Assembly (NCBI GenBank): GCA_001803205.1
Contig: MHBE01000028.1
Location: 24,929 to 88,928, forward strand
Origin: Lentisphaerae bacterium GWF2_38_69
GTDB lineage: Bacteria; Verrucomicrobiota; Lentisphaeria; Victivallales; GWF2-38-69
Length of the DNA: 64,000 nucleotides
Direction: 5' to 3'
Shown one piece after another: positions 15,438-24,780 of this stretch. The notes beneath the pieces are model-generated. The model was given only the letters and a program-made list of their open reading frames with translations, was not told where the DNA came from and ran no database searches. Position 1 is the first letter of the stretch, and each line of letters begins with the position of its first letter. A program made the position numbers and the translations under genes.

Positions 15438-17897
15438 ATGTCTAGTGCAATGTTGGTATCAGCGAGTAATACCGCTCATGTCGTAACTAAAACCATCGGA
15501 GGAGAAGCTTCTCTGGCCGTACCAAATTTTTTCCAGTATGACCCGACTGGGTTTTGGATTTTAATCGTTGGGATAATAGTCTCAATTTTGGGCGTCTGTT
15601 TTGGCTTGTACGAATATAAGAAAGTCAAAGCTCTTCCGGCTCATAAATCTATGCTAGAAATAGCAAATGTAATTTTTGAGACATGCAAAACTTATCTGAT
15701 TCAACAGGGAAAATTCCTAATTATCCTTGAGATAATTATAGGAACATGCGTGGTTTTTTACTTCGGGGTACTGAAGTCTGAGTCTATAATAAATGTTATT
15801 ATCATCCTGTTCTTCTCCATTATCGGAATATTAGGTTCTTATACAGTTGCCTGGTTTGGCGTAAGAATGAATACATTTGCAAATGCCAGAACAGCCTTTG
15901 CATCTCTTGAAGGCAGGCCAATAAAAGTTCTTAACATCCCTTTAAAAACAGGTATGTCTATCGGAGTGCTTTTAGTTAGCATAGAGCTTATAATAATGCT
16001 TTTTATCCTTATTATTTTACCTTTAATCGGGCTTGGTCACCTTGCAGGTTTCTGTTTTATTGGATTTGCGATAGGTGAATCTTTAGGCGCTTCCGCGCTT
16101 CGCGTTGCGGGCGGTATCTTTACAAAGATTGCCGATATCGGTTCTGACCTGATGAAAATTGTGTTTAAGATCAAGGAAGACGACCCGAGAAATCCAGGAG
16201 TAATAGCTGATTGCACAGGTGATAATGCCGGAGACTCAGTCGGTCCAACAGCAGACGGTTTTGAAACTTATGGCGTAACAGGCGTAGCTCTTATTACTTT
16301 TATTCTGCTTGGCATACTTGACACTTCAAAACTCCCCGTAGGCGCTACAAGAGAAGGTGTGCAGATTGCACTCCTTACTTGGATTTTCACCATGCGTTAT
16401 CTTATGATTGTGACTTCAGTTGTTTCTTATTGGGTAAATACGGCAATTACCAATACAATATACGGCGCAAAGAAGCATATGAACTTCGAACAACCGCTTA
16501 CCAACCTTGTATGGATAACTTCTATTCTATCAATTATTATGACATTCAGCGTCAGCTATTGTCAGCTTTCAGGCGGTGTTTTCGGCTCTAATCTATGGTG
16601 GATCCTTTCGATAATAATAAGTTGCGGTACATTGGGAGCGGCAGTTATTCCTGAAGTTACAAAGAAGTTTACAAGCCCGAATTCTGAGCATGTAATGGAA
16701 ACTGTTACAGCTTCAAGAGAGGGAGGGGCTTCTTTAAATATCCTAGCAGGATTAGTTTCAGGAAATTTTTCAGCTTTCTGGATGAGCGCTTCCATTATTA
16801 TATTGATGGTTATCGCCTATTTTGTAAGCGAATTAGGCCTTGCCTCATACATGGTATATCCTTCAGTGCTTGCGTTTGGTCTTGTAGCCTTCGGATTCCT
16901 GGGAATGGGGCCTGTAACAATCGCTGTAGATAGCTATGGGCCAGTGACTGACAATGCGCAAAGCGTTTATGAATTGTCATTAATAGAAGAGCAAAAGGAC
17001 ATTTCAAAAGAAATAGAAAAAGATTTCGGGTTTATTCCTGACTTTGAAAATGCGAAACTTCAACTTGAAGAAAATGACGGAGCAGGTAACACTTTCAAAG
17101 CTACAGCAAAGCCTGTTCTTATTGCTACAGCAGTTGTTGGCGCAACAACGATGATTTTTTCTTTGATTCTTGTAATGAAGCAGATTCTTGGTGTACCTCC
17201 TGAACAGATATTAAACCTTTTAAATCCCTATACTATTTTAGGATTTATGTGCGGAGGAGCAGTAATTTACTGGTTTACAGGAGCTTCAATTCAGGCTGTG
17301 ATGGCAGGAGCTTACAAGACGGTTTCATATATCAAACAAAATATCAATCTTGATTCAGAATCTAAAAAAGCTGACATAGAAAAATCTAAGGAAGTCGTCA
17401 AGATATGCACACAGTACGCTCAAAAAGGAATGTGGAATATATTTATTGCTATATTTTCTTTCTCTTTGGCGTTTGCGTTTCTATCCTCTCCTGTCAGAAG
17501 CAATGAAAGCGCCGCATTTTTTATCAGTTTTCTGATATCTCTGGCTGTCTTTGGGTTATTTCAGGCTATTTTTATGGCAAATGCCGGTGGATGCTGGGAT
17601 AATGCAAAGAAGGTTGTTGAAGTAAATCTGAATATGAAAAACACTCCGCTTCATGAAGCTACAGTAGTAGGCGATACGGTAGGAGACCCGTTCAAAGATA
17701 CATCATCTGTAGCTATGAATCCAATAATCAAGTTTACTACACTTTTCGGTTTGCTGGCTATGGAAATATCTTTAGATCCAAGCTTTAGAAAATATGCAAT
17801 TTACCTCGGTGTGATATTCTTGATTATCGCTCTTGTTTTTGTATGGAGAACATTTTATGCAATGAAGATAGAGATTATCAAGGATGAACTTAATTAA
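15438..17897 (+). CDS. hppA: membrane-bound ion-translocating pyrophosphatase (divergent, long form)
   Basis: 819 aa polytopic. GGIFTKIADIGSDL, DPRNPGVIADCTGDNAGDSVG, GNTFKATAKP, GGCWDNAKK, VVGDTVGDPFKDTSS. Confidence 0.9.
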   Translation: MSSAMLVSASNTAHVVTKTIGGEASLAVPNFFQYDPTGFWILIVGIIVSILGVCFGLYEYKKVKALPAHKSMLEIANVIFETCKTYLIQQGKFLIILEIIIGTCVVFYFGVLKSESIINVIIILFFSIIGILGSYTVAWFGVRMNTFANARTAFASLEGRPIKVLNIPLKTGMSIGVLLVSIELIIMLFILIILPLIGLGHLAGFCFIGFAIGESLGASALRVAGGIFTKIADIGSDLMKIVFKIKEDDPRNPGVIADCTGDNAGDSVGPTADGFETYGVTGVALITFILLGILDTSKLPVGATREGVQIALLTWIFTMRYLMIVTSVVSYWVNTAITNTIYGAKKHMNFEQPLTNLVWITSILSIIMTFSVSYCQLSGGVFGSNLWWILSIIISCGTLGAAVIPEVTKKFTSPNSEHVMETVTASREGGASLNILAGLVSGNFSAFWMSASIIILMVIAYFVSELGLASYMVYPSVLAFGLVAFGFLGMGPVTIAVDSYGPVTDNAQSVYELSLIEEQKDISKEIEKDFGFIPDFENAKLQLEENDGAGNTFKATAKPVLIATAVVGATTMIFSLILVMKQILGVPPEQILNLLNPYTILGFMCGGAVIYWFTGASIQAVMAGAYKTVSYIKQNINLDSESKKADIEKSKEVVKICTQYAQKGMWNIFIAIFSFSLAFAFLSSPVRSNESAAFFISFLISLAVFGLFQAIFMANAGGCWDNAKKVVEVNLNMKNTPLHEATVVGDTVGDPFKDTSSVAMNPIIKFTTLFGLLAMEISLDPSFRKYAIYLGVIFLIIALVFVWRTFYAMKIEIIKDELN

Positions 17898-17920
17898 AGA
17901 ATTGAAAATATAAAAATGCA

Positions 17921-17952
17921 AAGGTTCAGAATTTTAAGTTCTGAACCTTTTT
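17921..17952 (+). terminator. rho-independent terminator after hppA
   Basis: AAGGTTCAGAA (17921-17931) pairs with TTCTGAACCTT (17939-17949), followed by a T-run. Sits between convergent genes. Confidence 0.65.
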
Positions 17953-17993
17953 AGTTTTTAAGAATAATGTTATATGGACAAAATGCCCCTCTC

Positions 17994-19007
17994 TTAGAAA
18001 ATATTATTGGGGCTATAAACCTTGTCGTTGATTCCATATTTCTTATTATGTTTGTTTATTTCTTCTGTTATTTTTACAGCAAGTCTGAGAGCTTCCAGCC
18101 CGATCTTTCCAGATACTTTAGATTCGGCTGTTTTCCCTGTTTGAATTGTTGAAAGGGCATTACTTACAAAGGTAGTAAGTTCTTTTTGCAAAGCATTATG
18201 ATCAACTATAGGAATTTCCTCTTTTTGGATAGAAGAGTTGTCTTTTGAAAAAACTGTACATGTTTTATTTGCATAATCTAAAGAGATAAATTTGGCCGGT
18301 TGATATATATGCATAGTTCGTATACTTTTTTCGCTGACTCTGCTGGCAATTATATTTGCAACGCATCCATTTTTAAAAGTTATTCTTGCATTTGCCATGT
18401 CCTCTGATGAACTAAGGACAGAGATGCCTGATGCTTCTACTCTTTCAACTTTACTCTTGACAATATGCAAAATTAGTTCAAGGTCATGTATCATCATGTC
18501 AAGAACTACTCCAACTTCAGTTCCTCTTGGTTCTTTCCCGTGTCTTGCTGGAGGGTAAGGAGACATTCGTTTGGCCTCAATAAATCTGACATCATTTATT
18601 TTTCCGTCTATGAAATCAGTTACGGGATTGTATCTTTCTGTGTGACCAATCTCAATAATTAATCCGTTTTCTCTTGCTATTTTTACTATTTCTCCTGCTT
18701 GTTGGAGATTTGAAGCTATCGGTTTTTCTATCAACAGGTGCTTTTTCTTGTTTAAGAGGAAAAAGGCTATTTTATAGTGATCAGTAGCGGGGACTGCAAT
18801 ACTAAATCCTTCACAATTATCAGCTATATCTTCCAAAGATTGAAATGCTTTTGTGTTTAGTTCGGATGCGACTTTTTTGGCTGTTTCAGGATTTATATCA
18901 TATACACCTATCAGTTGTGCATCATTGATATTTTTATAAAGTCTGGCATGATGTTTCCCTAGGGTGCCGACGCCTATTACGCCTACTCTCATTTTATTGC
19001 TGTTCAT
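17994..19007 (-). CDS. Gfo/Idh/MocA family oxidoreductase
   Basis: 337 aa. N-terminal Rossmann MRVGVIGVGTLGKHH and the EKP motif (LLIEKPIA). Confidence 0.85.
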   Translation of the reverse strand: MNSNKMRVGVIGVGTLGKHHARLYKNINDAQLIGVYDINPETAKKVASELNTKAFQSLEDIADNCEGFSIAVPATDHYKIAFFLLNKKKHLLIEKPIASNLQQAGEIVKIARENGLIIEIGHTERYNPVTDFIDGKINDVRFIEAKRMSPYPPARHGKEPRGTEVGVVLDMMIHDLELILHIVKSKVERVEASGISVLSSSEDMANARITFKNGCVANIIASRVSEKSIRTMHIYQPAKFISLDYANKTCTVFSKDNSSIQKEEIPIVDHNALQKELTTFVSNALSTIQTGKTAESKVSGKIGLEALRLAVKITEEINKHNKKYGINDKVYSPNNIF

Positions 19008-19090
19008 ATGTTCCTTTTTTAAATTTTACATTGGACTGGATAATAATTATATCTGAAAAGCTTTGATTGAGAAATCATGAATGCTTTCAA

Positions 19091-19130
19091 TTGAAAAGAA
19101 AAATTTAATTAAAGGTTGAAAAATTGAAAA
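19091..19130. repeat. three TTGAAAA heptamers in the divergent oxidoreductase/GT2 intergenic region
   Basis: TTGAAAA at 19091-19097, 19116-19122 and 19124-19130. Confidence 0.2.
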
Positions 19131-19216
19131 CTATCTGCAAATTATTAGGTTTCACATATTTGAAATAATGATTTTGTATCTTTGTTATATTATAATTGAA
19201 CTTGAGGAGCTGTAAT

Positions 19217-20731
19217 ATGGATAAAATATTAATTATGACAATTTTCATAGTATATGTTATAACAGTAATAATGTTAATGATATACGGATTTCATTCTTAC
19301 TTAATGATAACTCTTTTTTATCTTAAGCAGAAAAAAGCCCGTAAACAAGTAGTAGAGACAGTTAAAACTTTTTATGACAGCTACCAGGATAAAGACCTTC
19401 CCTTGATAACAATTCAACTTCCTTGTTACAATGAATCCGATGTAATTAAGCGGTTGATGCTGTCTGCATGTGAAGTTGATTACCCAAAAGATAAATTTGA
19501 AGTTCAGGTAGTAGATGACAGCACGGATGAGACTGTGAAGATAATCGATGAATATGTAAATGAACTAAAATCAAGCACTAAAGTTGATATATATACTGTC
19601 AGAAGAGATAACAGGGAACAGTTTAAAGCCGGTGCTCTTGCTAATGGTCTTAAGATAGCCAAAGGTGAGTATGTAGCTATATTCGATGCTGACTTTATTG
19701 TTCCTAAAAATTTTCTAAGAAGGAGCATAGCTCAAATTCATGGGAAAAATAAAATTGCCTGTGTTCAGTCCAGATGGGGTCATCTAAATAGACATGAAAA
19801 CTGGCTTACAAAGGCTCAAAGTATCGCTTTAGACGCCCATTTTGCCGCTTCTCAGGGGGCCAGAAATTATAATAATTTATGCATGAATTTTAATGGTACC
19901 GCAGGAATGTGGAGAATTTCAGCTATTGATGCAGTAGGCGGATGGTCAGGTGATACGCTTACGGAAGATATGGATTTGTCTTACAGAGTTCAGCTCAAGG
20001 GATATAAAATGGCTTTTGACTATGATCTTGTTTGTCCTGCTGAATTGCCAAATAATCTAATGGCTTTTAAAACACAGCAGAAGAGATGGGCGAAAGGAGC
20101 AGTTGAAACAGGAATTAAACTTTTGCCAAGCATTTTGAAATCAAAGGCTTTGACTGTGCACCAGAAGTTTGAAGCTTTTATGCATTTAACTAATAATTTT
20201 GCAGCAGTGCTGATGATAATATTAACCTTGTTGACTCTTCCTGTGCTTGTATACTCAAGTCCACATATTAATTATGGACCGGTATTGCCATATCTTTGGA
20301 CAATTGTAATAATTGCTTCACTGGCTCCGTGTGCTCTTTATACCGGAAGCGGCGCCGCACAAAGAAAAGGATTTTTCTCTTTTAGGAATTTCCCTCTCAT
20401 GATAGCAATGGGAACAGGTCTTTGTGTTAATAATTCAGCAGCAGTAATTGAAGCCATCAGAGGGAAAAAGTCTGCTTTTATCCGTACTCCCAAGAGCGGC
20501 AGTCTGGATAAAGATAAAAAAGCAAGCAAATATAAAGTAGGCAATAACTTGACTATCGGATTCATTGAGCTTATTCTTGGGATATATTGTTTTATAACAT
20601 TTTATGTCTATCTTGCGCACTACCAGTACTTTTTTGGATTTTTCATAGGCGCGTATGCGATAGGTTTATTTCTTTTTGGGTATAAAACAATAACATATGT
20701 AATTATTAAATCTCAAAAAAAGACAGCATGA
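19217..20731 (+). CDS. family 2 glycosyltransferase, membrane-integrated processive synthase type (CslA/cellulose-synthase-like)
   Basis: GT2 motifs VVDDSTDET, FDADF, TEDMDLS, QQKRWAKG (QxxRW). One N-terminal and several C-terminal TM helices. ATG 19217 with a GAGGAG RBS is preferred over the TTG 19196 of the ORF track. Confidence 0.85.
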   Translation: MDKILIMTIFIVYVITVIMLMIYGFHSYLMITLFYLKQKKARKQVVETVKTFYDSYQDKDLPLITIQLPCYNESDVIKRLMLSACEVDYPKDKFEVQVVDDSTDETVKIIDEYVNELKSSTKVDIYTVRRDNREQFKAGALANGLKIAKGEYVAIFDADFIVPKNFLRRSIAQIHGKNKIACVQSRWGHLNRHENWLTKAQSIALDAHFAASQGARNYNNLCMNFNGTAGMWRISAIDAVGGWSGDTLTEDMDLSYRVQLKGYKMAFDYDLVCPAELPNNLMAFKTQQKRWAKGAVETGIKLLPSILKSKALTVHQKFEAFMHLTNNFAAVLMIILTLLTLPVLVYSSPHINYGPVLPYLWTIVIIASLAPCALYTGSGAAQRKGFFSFRNFPLMIAMGTGLCVNNSAAVIEAIRGKKSAFIRTPKSGSLDKDKKASKYKVGNNLTIGFIELILGIYCFITFYVYLAHYQYFFGFFIGAYAIGLFLFGYKTITYVIIKSQKKTA

Positions 20732-20769
20732 CAATATAAAAATTATTGATCCTGTTTTAGAGCCCCGTT

Positions 20770-23700
20770 ATGGACTTTGGTAAATTTCTGCTTCAGGATC
20801 AATATCGAATTCGTTCATTATTAAGAAAGATCGAACAGTTTAAAAAATCGGATAGACCATTTGATAAACTGGAAGGAAGTCTCGAAAAGCTTATAGCTTC
20901 TGCTATAGACAAGGTCAATAAACGGCATAATGCTCTGCTGTCAATTAAATACCCTTCAGAATTGCCAATTTCTTCAAAAATTGAAGAAATAAAAAGTCTG
21001 ATATGTTCAAATCAAGTCGTAATAGTTTCAGGATCAACTGGCTCAGGAAAAACTACACAATTGCCAAAAATTCTTTTTGAGTGTGGTTTTGGCAAAGTAG
21101 GCAGAATAGGCTGTACTCAGCCTCGCAGGCTGGCAGCTTCAGGAATGGCAAAAAGAGTATCAGAAGAAACAAAATGCGTATTTGGAAAAGAAATAGGCTG
21201 CAAAGTCAGGTTCAGCGATAATACTTCTGATAATACTGTTATCAAATTTATGACTGACGGTATACTATTGTCTGAAACGATAAGTGATAGACTGTTGTTG
21301 CAATACGATTCTATTATTATAGATGAAGCTCATGAGAGAACATTGAATATAGATTTTATAATCGGTTATATCAAAAATATTCTTCCTCAAAGACCCAACT
21401 TTAAATTAATTATAAGCTCTGCAACTCTTAATACTCAGGCCTTTTCTGATTTCTTTGATAAGTCTCCTGTTATACAAATAGAAGGAAAGATGTTTCCTAT
21501 AGAAGATGTTTTTATTCCCCCTTATGAAGATGAGGATACTTCGTTTCATATTCAGAGGGGTATTGAATGGATCAATGAAATGGAAGACAAGGGAGACATT
21601 CTTGTCTTTCTCCCGGGAGAAAAAGAGATAAAAGACTCTTTCGACTTACTTGAAGGGCAGAAATATCTTAATACTGAAATTATCCCGCTATATGGAAGGA
21701 TGAGTATAAATGAACAACAAAGAATTTTTCAGCCAGGCAAATTACGAAGGATTATCCTTTCTACCAATGTAGCTGAAACATCAATCACAATTCCAGGAAT
21801 TAAATATGTAGTTGATTCAGGATTGGTCAGAATAAACCGTTATGATCCTCGTTATCGTATTGAGTCTTTGCAGATCGAAAATATTTCCAGAGCAAGTGAA
21901 AAACAGCGCAGAGGGAGATGCGGGCGCTTAAAAGACGGTATTTGCATTCATCTCTATGATAAATCTACTTTAGAAAGTTCTCCTGAATTTACTGACCCTG
22001 AAATATGCAGAAGTTCGCTTGCAGAAGTAATTTTACAGATGATATCTCTTAATCTTCCCGAAATTGATAATTTCCCTTTTTTGGAGAAGCCTAAAAATTC
22101 TCTTATCAGAGAAGGGTATAAAACTCTTTATGACATTCAAGCTATAGATAATCATAATAAATTGACAGAGGAAGGTAAAATTATTTCTGATTTTCCTATA
22201 GATCCTTGTTTGGCAAAAATGGTATGCCAGGGAAACAAGGAAAAATCATTAAATGAAATGATCATTATTGCTTCATTTCTTAGTTTACAGGATCCAAGAG
22301 AACGATCCTTGGAAAAACAAACAGTTGCGGATAATGCTCACAAAAGATTTTTCGATGAGCGTTCTGACTTTATTTCTATTTTAAAACTTTGGAATTTCCT
22401 TGAATCTGAAGGCTATTCATCAACTAATAAACTAAGGAAGATTTGCAAGGAAAATTTTCTTAACTATCGGCGGATAAAAGAGTGGCGTAATCTTTATTTA
22501 GAGATTATCGAAGCAGTAGAGGAACATGGATGGGAAGTAAATACGGAAAATATCAGAAAAGAAATATATGATTATGCTTCTATTCATAGTTCAATTATTT
22601 CAGCTTTTCCTGCAAATGTAGGAATTAAGACCGAAAAAGGAGTTTATCAGGGAGCAGGAGAAATTAAATTCTTTTTATTCCCTGGCTCAAACATATTTAA
22701 AACTCTTCCTAAATGGGTAGTTTGCTCTTCAATTGTGGAAACCTCAAAACTATATGCCAGAATAGGAGCTGAAATTTCTCCTGAATGGATAGAAAATGCT
22801 GTTTCACATCTATGCAAATCTTTATACAAAGATATCTATTGGGAGAAGAAAAGAGGGTTTGTTTCGGCGCTGGAAACGGTTGTTTTCAGAGGTCTTCTGA
22901 TAAATGAAGGAAGAAGGATTCATTATGGAAGAGTCAACTCCTTAGAAGCAAGAAAAATTTTCATTCGGGATGCTCTTGCCCCTGGAAATTTCTTCTCATG
23001 GCATAAGTGGCTTAAAGATCATAAGAAAATGATCGAAGATATTAAGAAAATGGAAATTAAAATAAGGCGTCCTGAATCTCTGTTAAATAATGACGCGATC
23101 TTTGAACATTTTGACAAGATAATTCCAGACGATGTATGCTCGGTAAAAAGTTTTGAAGAATATCTAAATATTTCAAGGCCAGAGCTAGGCATCAAATTTG
23201 AAGATGCTATGTATTTTTTGCCTGGAGATATGGATTTTATTGACTATCCTGATGAACTTATTTTTGCTAATTGCTCTTTCGCTCTTCAATATTCATTTAA
23301 TCCTGGAGAAATTGATGATGGTGTAACTCTTCTTGCAAAGACCTCTGAACTTAATCTTCTTCCTTCCTATATCTGTGATTGGCTTGTTCCGGGCTATCTT
23401 TCTGAGAAAGTCAGATTTTTGATTAAATCTCTACCCAAAAACAAGCGGATTTTGTGCAATCCAATACAGAAAACTGCTGAAGAGTTCACAAATGAAGTAA
23501 AAGCTGGAAGAATACGAAAAAATTCTAAACTACTTACCTCTCTATCTATATTTTTATCCTCAAAACTACATATTGAAGTAATGCCTGATGATTTTAATGA
23601 AAGTGAGATTCCGAAATATCTGATTATGAAAGTTGGGGAAATAAAAGAAGGGCAAAGTAAACTAGTATTGACTGAAGGATTTCCAGACCTTGAAGATGTT

Positions 23701-24603
23701 TCAACAAGAATCCAACGACTTGAGAAAAATGAAAATATGGAACAAATACCGAAAAACTTTATGGAGTTTCCTTCTGTGAAGATGGAAGAAAAGGTATTGA
23801 TTGATAAGGAACGCAATATTTATGCTTATCCGGCTCTTATTATCGAAGGAAATGGAGAAATAAGCATACATCTCTTTACAGATCAGAGAGAAGCCCAATT
23901 CAATCATCGTATGGCATTAGTCAAGCTCTTCAGCAACAAATACAAAGAGCAAACTAAATATCTTGAAAAGCAGTTGCCGATAAAAACATTTATTGCGATT
24001 GAGCTATCCTCTATATATGGTTCCTCCCAATATAAGTCTGACTTTTCAGGAGCAGTCATTTTTCATTCTCTTACAGATAAGGGAAATATTGATATAAGAG
24101 ATATCTGCACATTTAATGACAGAGCAGAAAAAGCATGCTCTATTCTTTATCAGAATTCAATTAAGTTTTCAAGCATATTGGAAAATATTATAAATGAGCG
24201 AAATTCTATTCTGTCTAAACTTGGCAAAAAGTTTCAAAAAAATGAGAGCTATGATGACATCTGCAGACAAATGGAGTTTTTATTTCAACAGGACTTTCTT
24301 AAGAGAGATTATGTATGGACAAGATACAGTTCTTATCTGAAAGCTCTCTCCTTAAGAATAGAGAGATTAAATAATTCGCCATTAAAAGATTTAAATAAAT
24401 TTTCAGAGATAAAGCCATATCAGGAAAAATTTGATGAACGGATTAAATCTCTGAAGAATTCACAATTTGCGTTTGGCGTAATGGAATTTGCCAAATTGCT
24501 CCAGGAGTTCAGAATCAAAGTCTTTGCTCCAGAAATTTCTCTGCCAGAGAAAATTTCGAGTACAATTATGGATCAAAAAATCAAGGAGATCATGTTAAAC
24601 TAA
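20770..24603 (+). CDS. hrpA: ATP-dependent RNA helicase HrpA (DEAH box)
   Basis: 1277 aa. GSTGSGKTTQLP, DEAHERT, SATL, TNVAETSITIPG, QRRGRCGR, plus the long HrpA-type C-terminal region. Confidence 0.92.
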   Translation: MDFGKFLLQDQYRIRSLLRKIEQFKKSDRPFDKLEGSLEKLIASAIDKVNKRHNALLSIKYPSELPISSKIEEIKSLICSNQVVIVSGSTGSGKTTQLPKILFECGFGKVGRIGCTQPRRLAASGMAKRVSEETKCVFGKEIGCKVRFSDNTSDNTVIKFMTDGILLSETISDRLLLQYDSIIIDEAHERTLNIDFIIGYIKNILPQRPNFKLIISSATLNTQAFSDFFDKSPVIQIEGKMFPIEDVFIPPYEDEDTSFHIQRGIEWINEMEDKGDILVFLPGEKEIKDSFDLLEGQKYLNTEIIPLYGRMSINEQQRIFQPGKLRRIILSTNVAETSITIPGIKYVVDSGLVRINRYDPRYRIESLQIENISRASEKQRRGRCGRLKDGICIHLYDKSTLESSPEFTDPEICRSSLAEVILQMISLNLPEIDNFPFLEKPKNSLIREGYKTLYDIQAIDNHNKLTEEGKIISDFPIDPCLAKMVCQGNKEKSLNEMIIIASFLSLQDPRERSLEKQTVADNAHKRFFDERSDFISILKLWNFLESEGYSSTNKLRKICKENFLNYRRIKEWRNLYLEIIEAVEEHGWEVNTENIRKEIYDYASIHSSIISAFPANVGIKTEKGVYQGAGEIKFFLFPGSNIFKTLPKWVVCSSIVETSKLYARIGAEISPEWIENAVSHLCKSLYKDIYWEKKRGFVSALETVVFRGLLINEGRRIHYGRVNSLEARKIFIRDALAPGNFFSWHKWLKDHKKMIEDIKKMEIKIRRPESLLNNDAIFEHFDKIIPDDVCSVKSFEEYLNISRPELGIKFEDAMYFLPGDMDFIDYPDELIFANCSFALQYSFNPGEIDDGVTLLAKTSELNLLPSYICDWLVPGYLSEKVRFLIKSLPKNKRILCNPIQKTAEEFTNEVKAGRIRKNSKLLTSLSIFLSSKLHIEVMPDDFNESEIPKYLIMKVGEIKEGQSKLVLTEGFPDLEDVSTRIQRLEKNENMEQIPKNFMEFPSVKMEEKVLIDKERNIYAYPALIIEGNGEISIHLFTDQREAQFNHRMALVKLFSNKYKEQTKYLEKQLPIKTFIAIELSSIYGSSQYKSDFSGAVIFHSLTDKGNIDIRDICTFNDRAEKACSILYQNSIKFSSILENIINERNSILSKLGKKFQKNESYDDICRQMEFLFQQDFLKRDYVWTRYSSYLKALSLRIERLNNSPLKDLNKFSEIKPYQEKFDERIKSLKNSQFAFGVMEFAKLLQEFRIKVFAPEISLPEKISSTIMDQKIKEIMLN

Positions 24604-24728
24604 GCCGATTATAATTTTTTAATGAAATATAGGACTCTTCGAGACTTTTAATCGAGTTATTAGTTCAGATTAGATTTTGTTATTTTTCTGTTAGAATTTA
24701 TTTAAAGCTAGTCTACTTTCTTATTCTT

Positions 24729-24737
24729 TGATATAAT
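24729..24737 (+). promoter_or_regulatory. candidate extended -10 promoter of mgtA
   Basis: TGaTATAAT (24729-24737), 44 nt upstream of the mgtA ATG. No -35 match. Confidence 0.35.
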
Positions 24738-24780
24738 CTCTAAATCTAAAATTATTTACTACACTCGGCGAGAGCTTTTA

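Noticed and set aside
24604-24780. Looked for an M-box riboswitch or mgtL-type proline-rich leader ORF upstream of mgtA
   Set aside because: No G/C-rich multi-helix core and no short Pro-codon ORF seen. Only an extended -10 lies close to the ATG.
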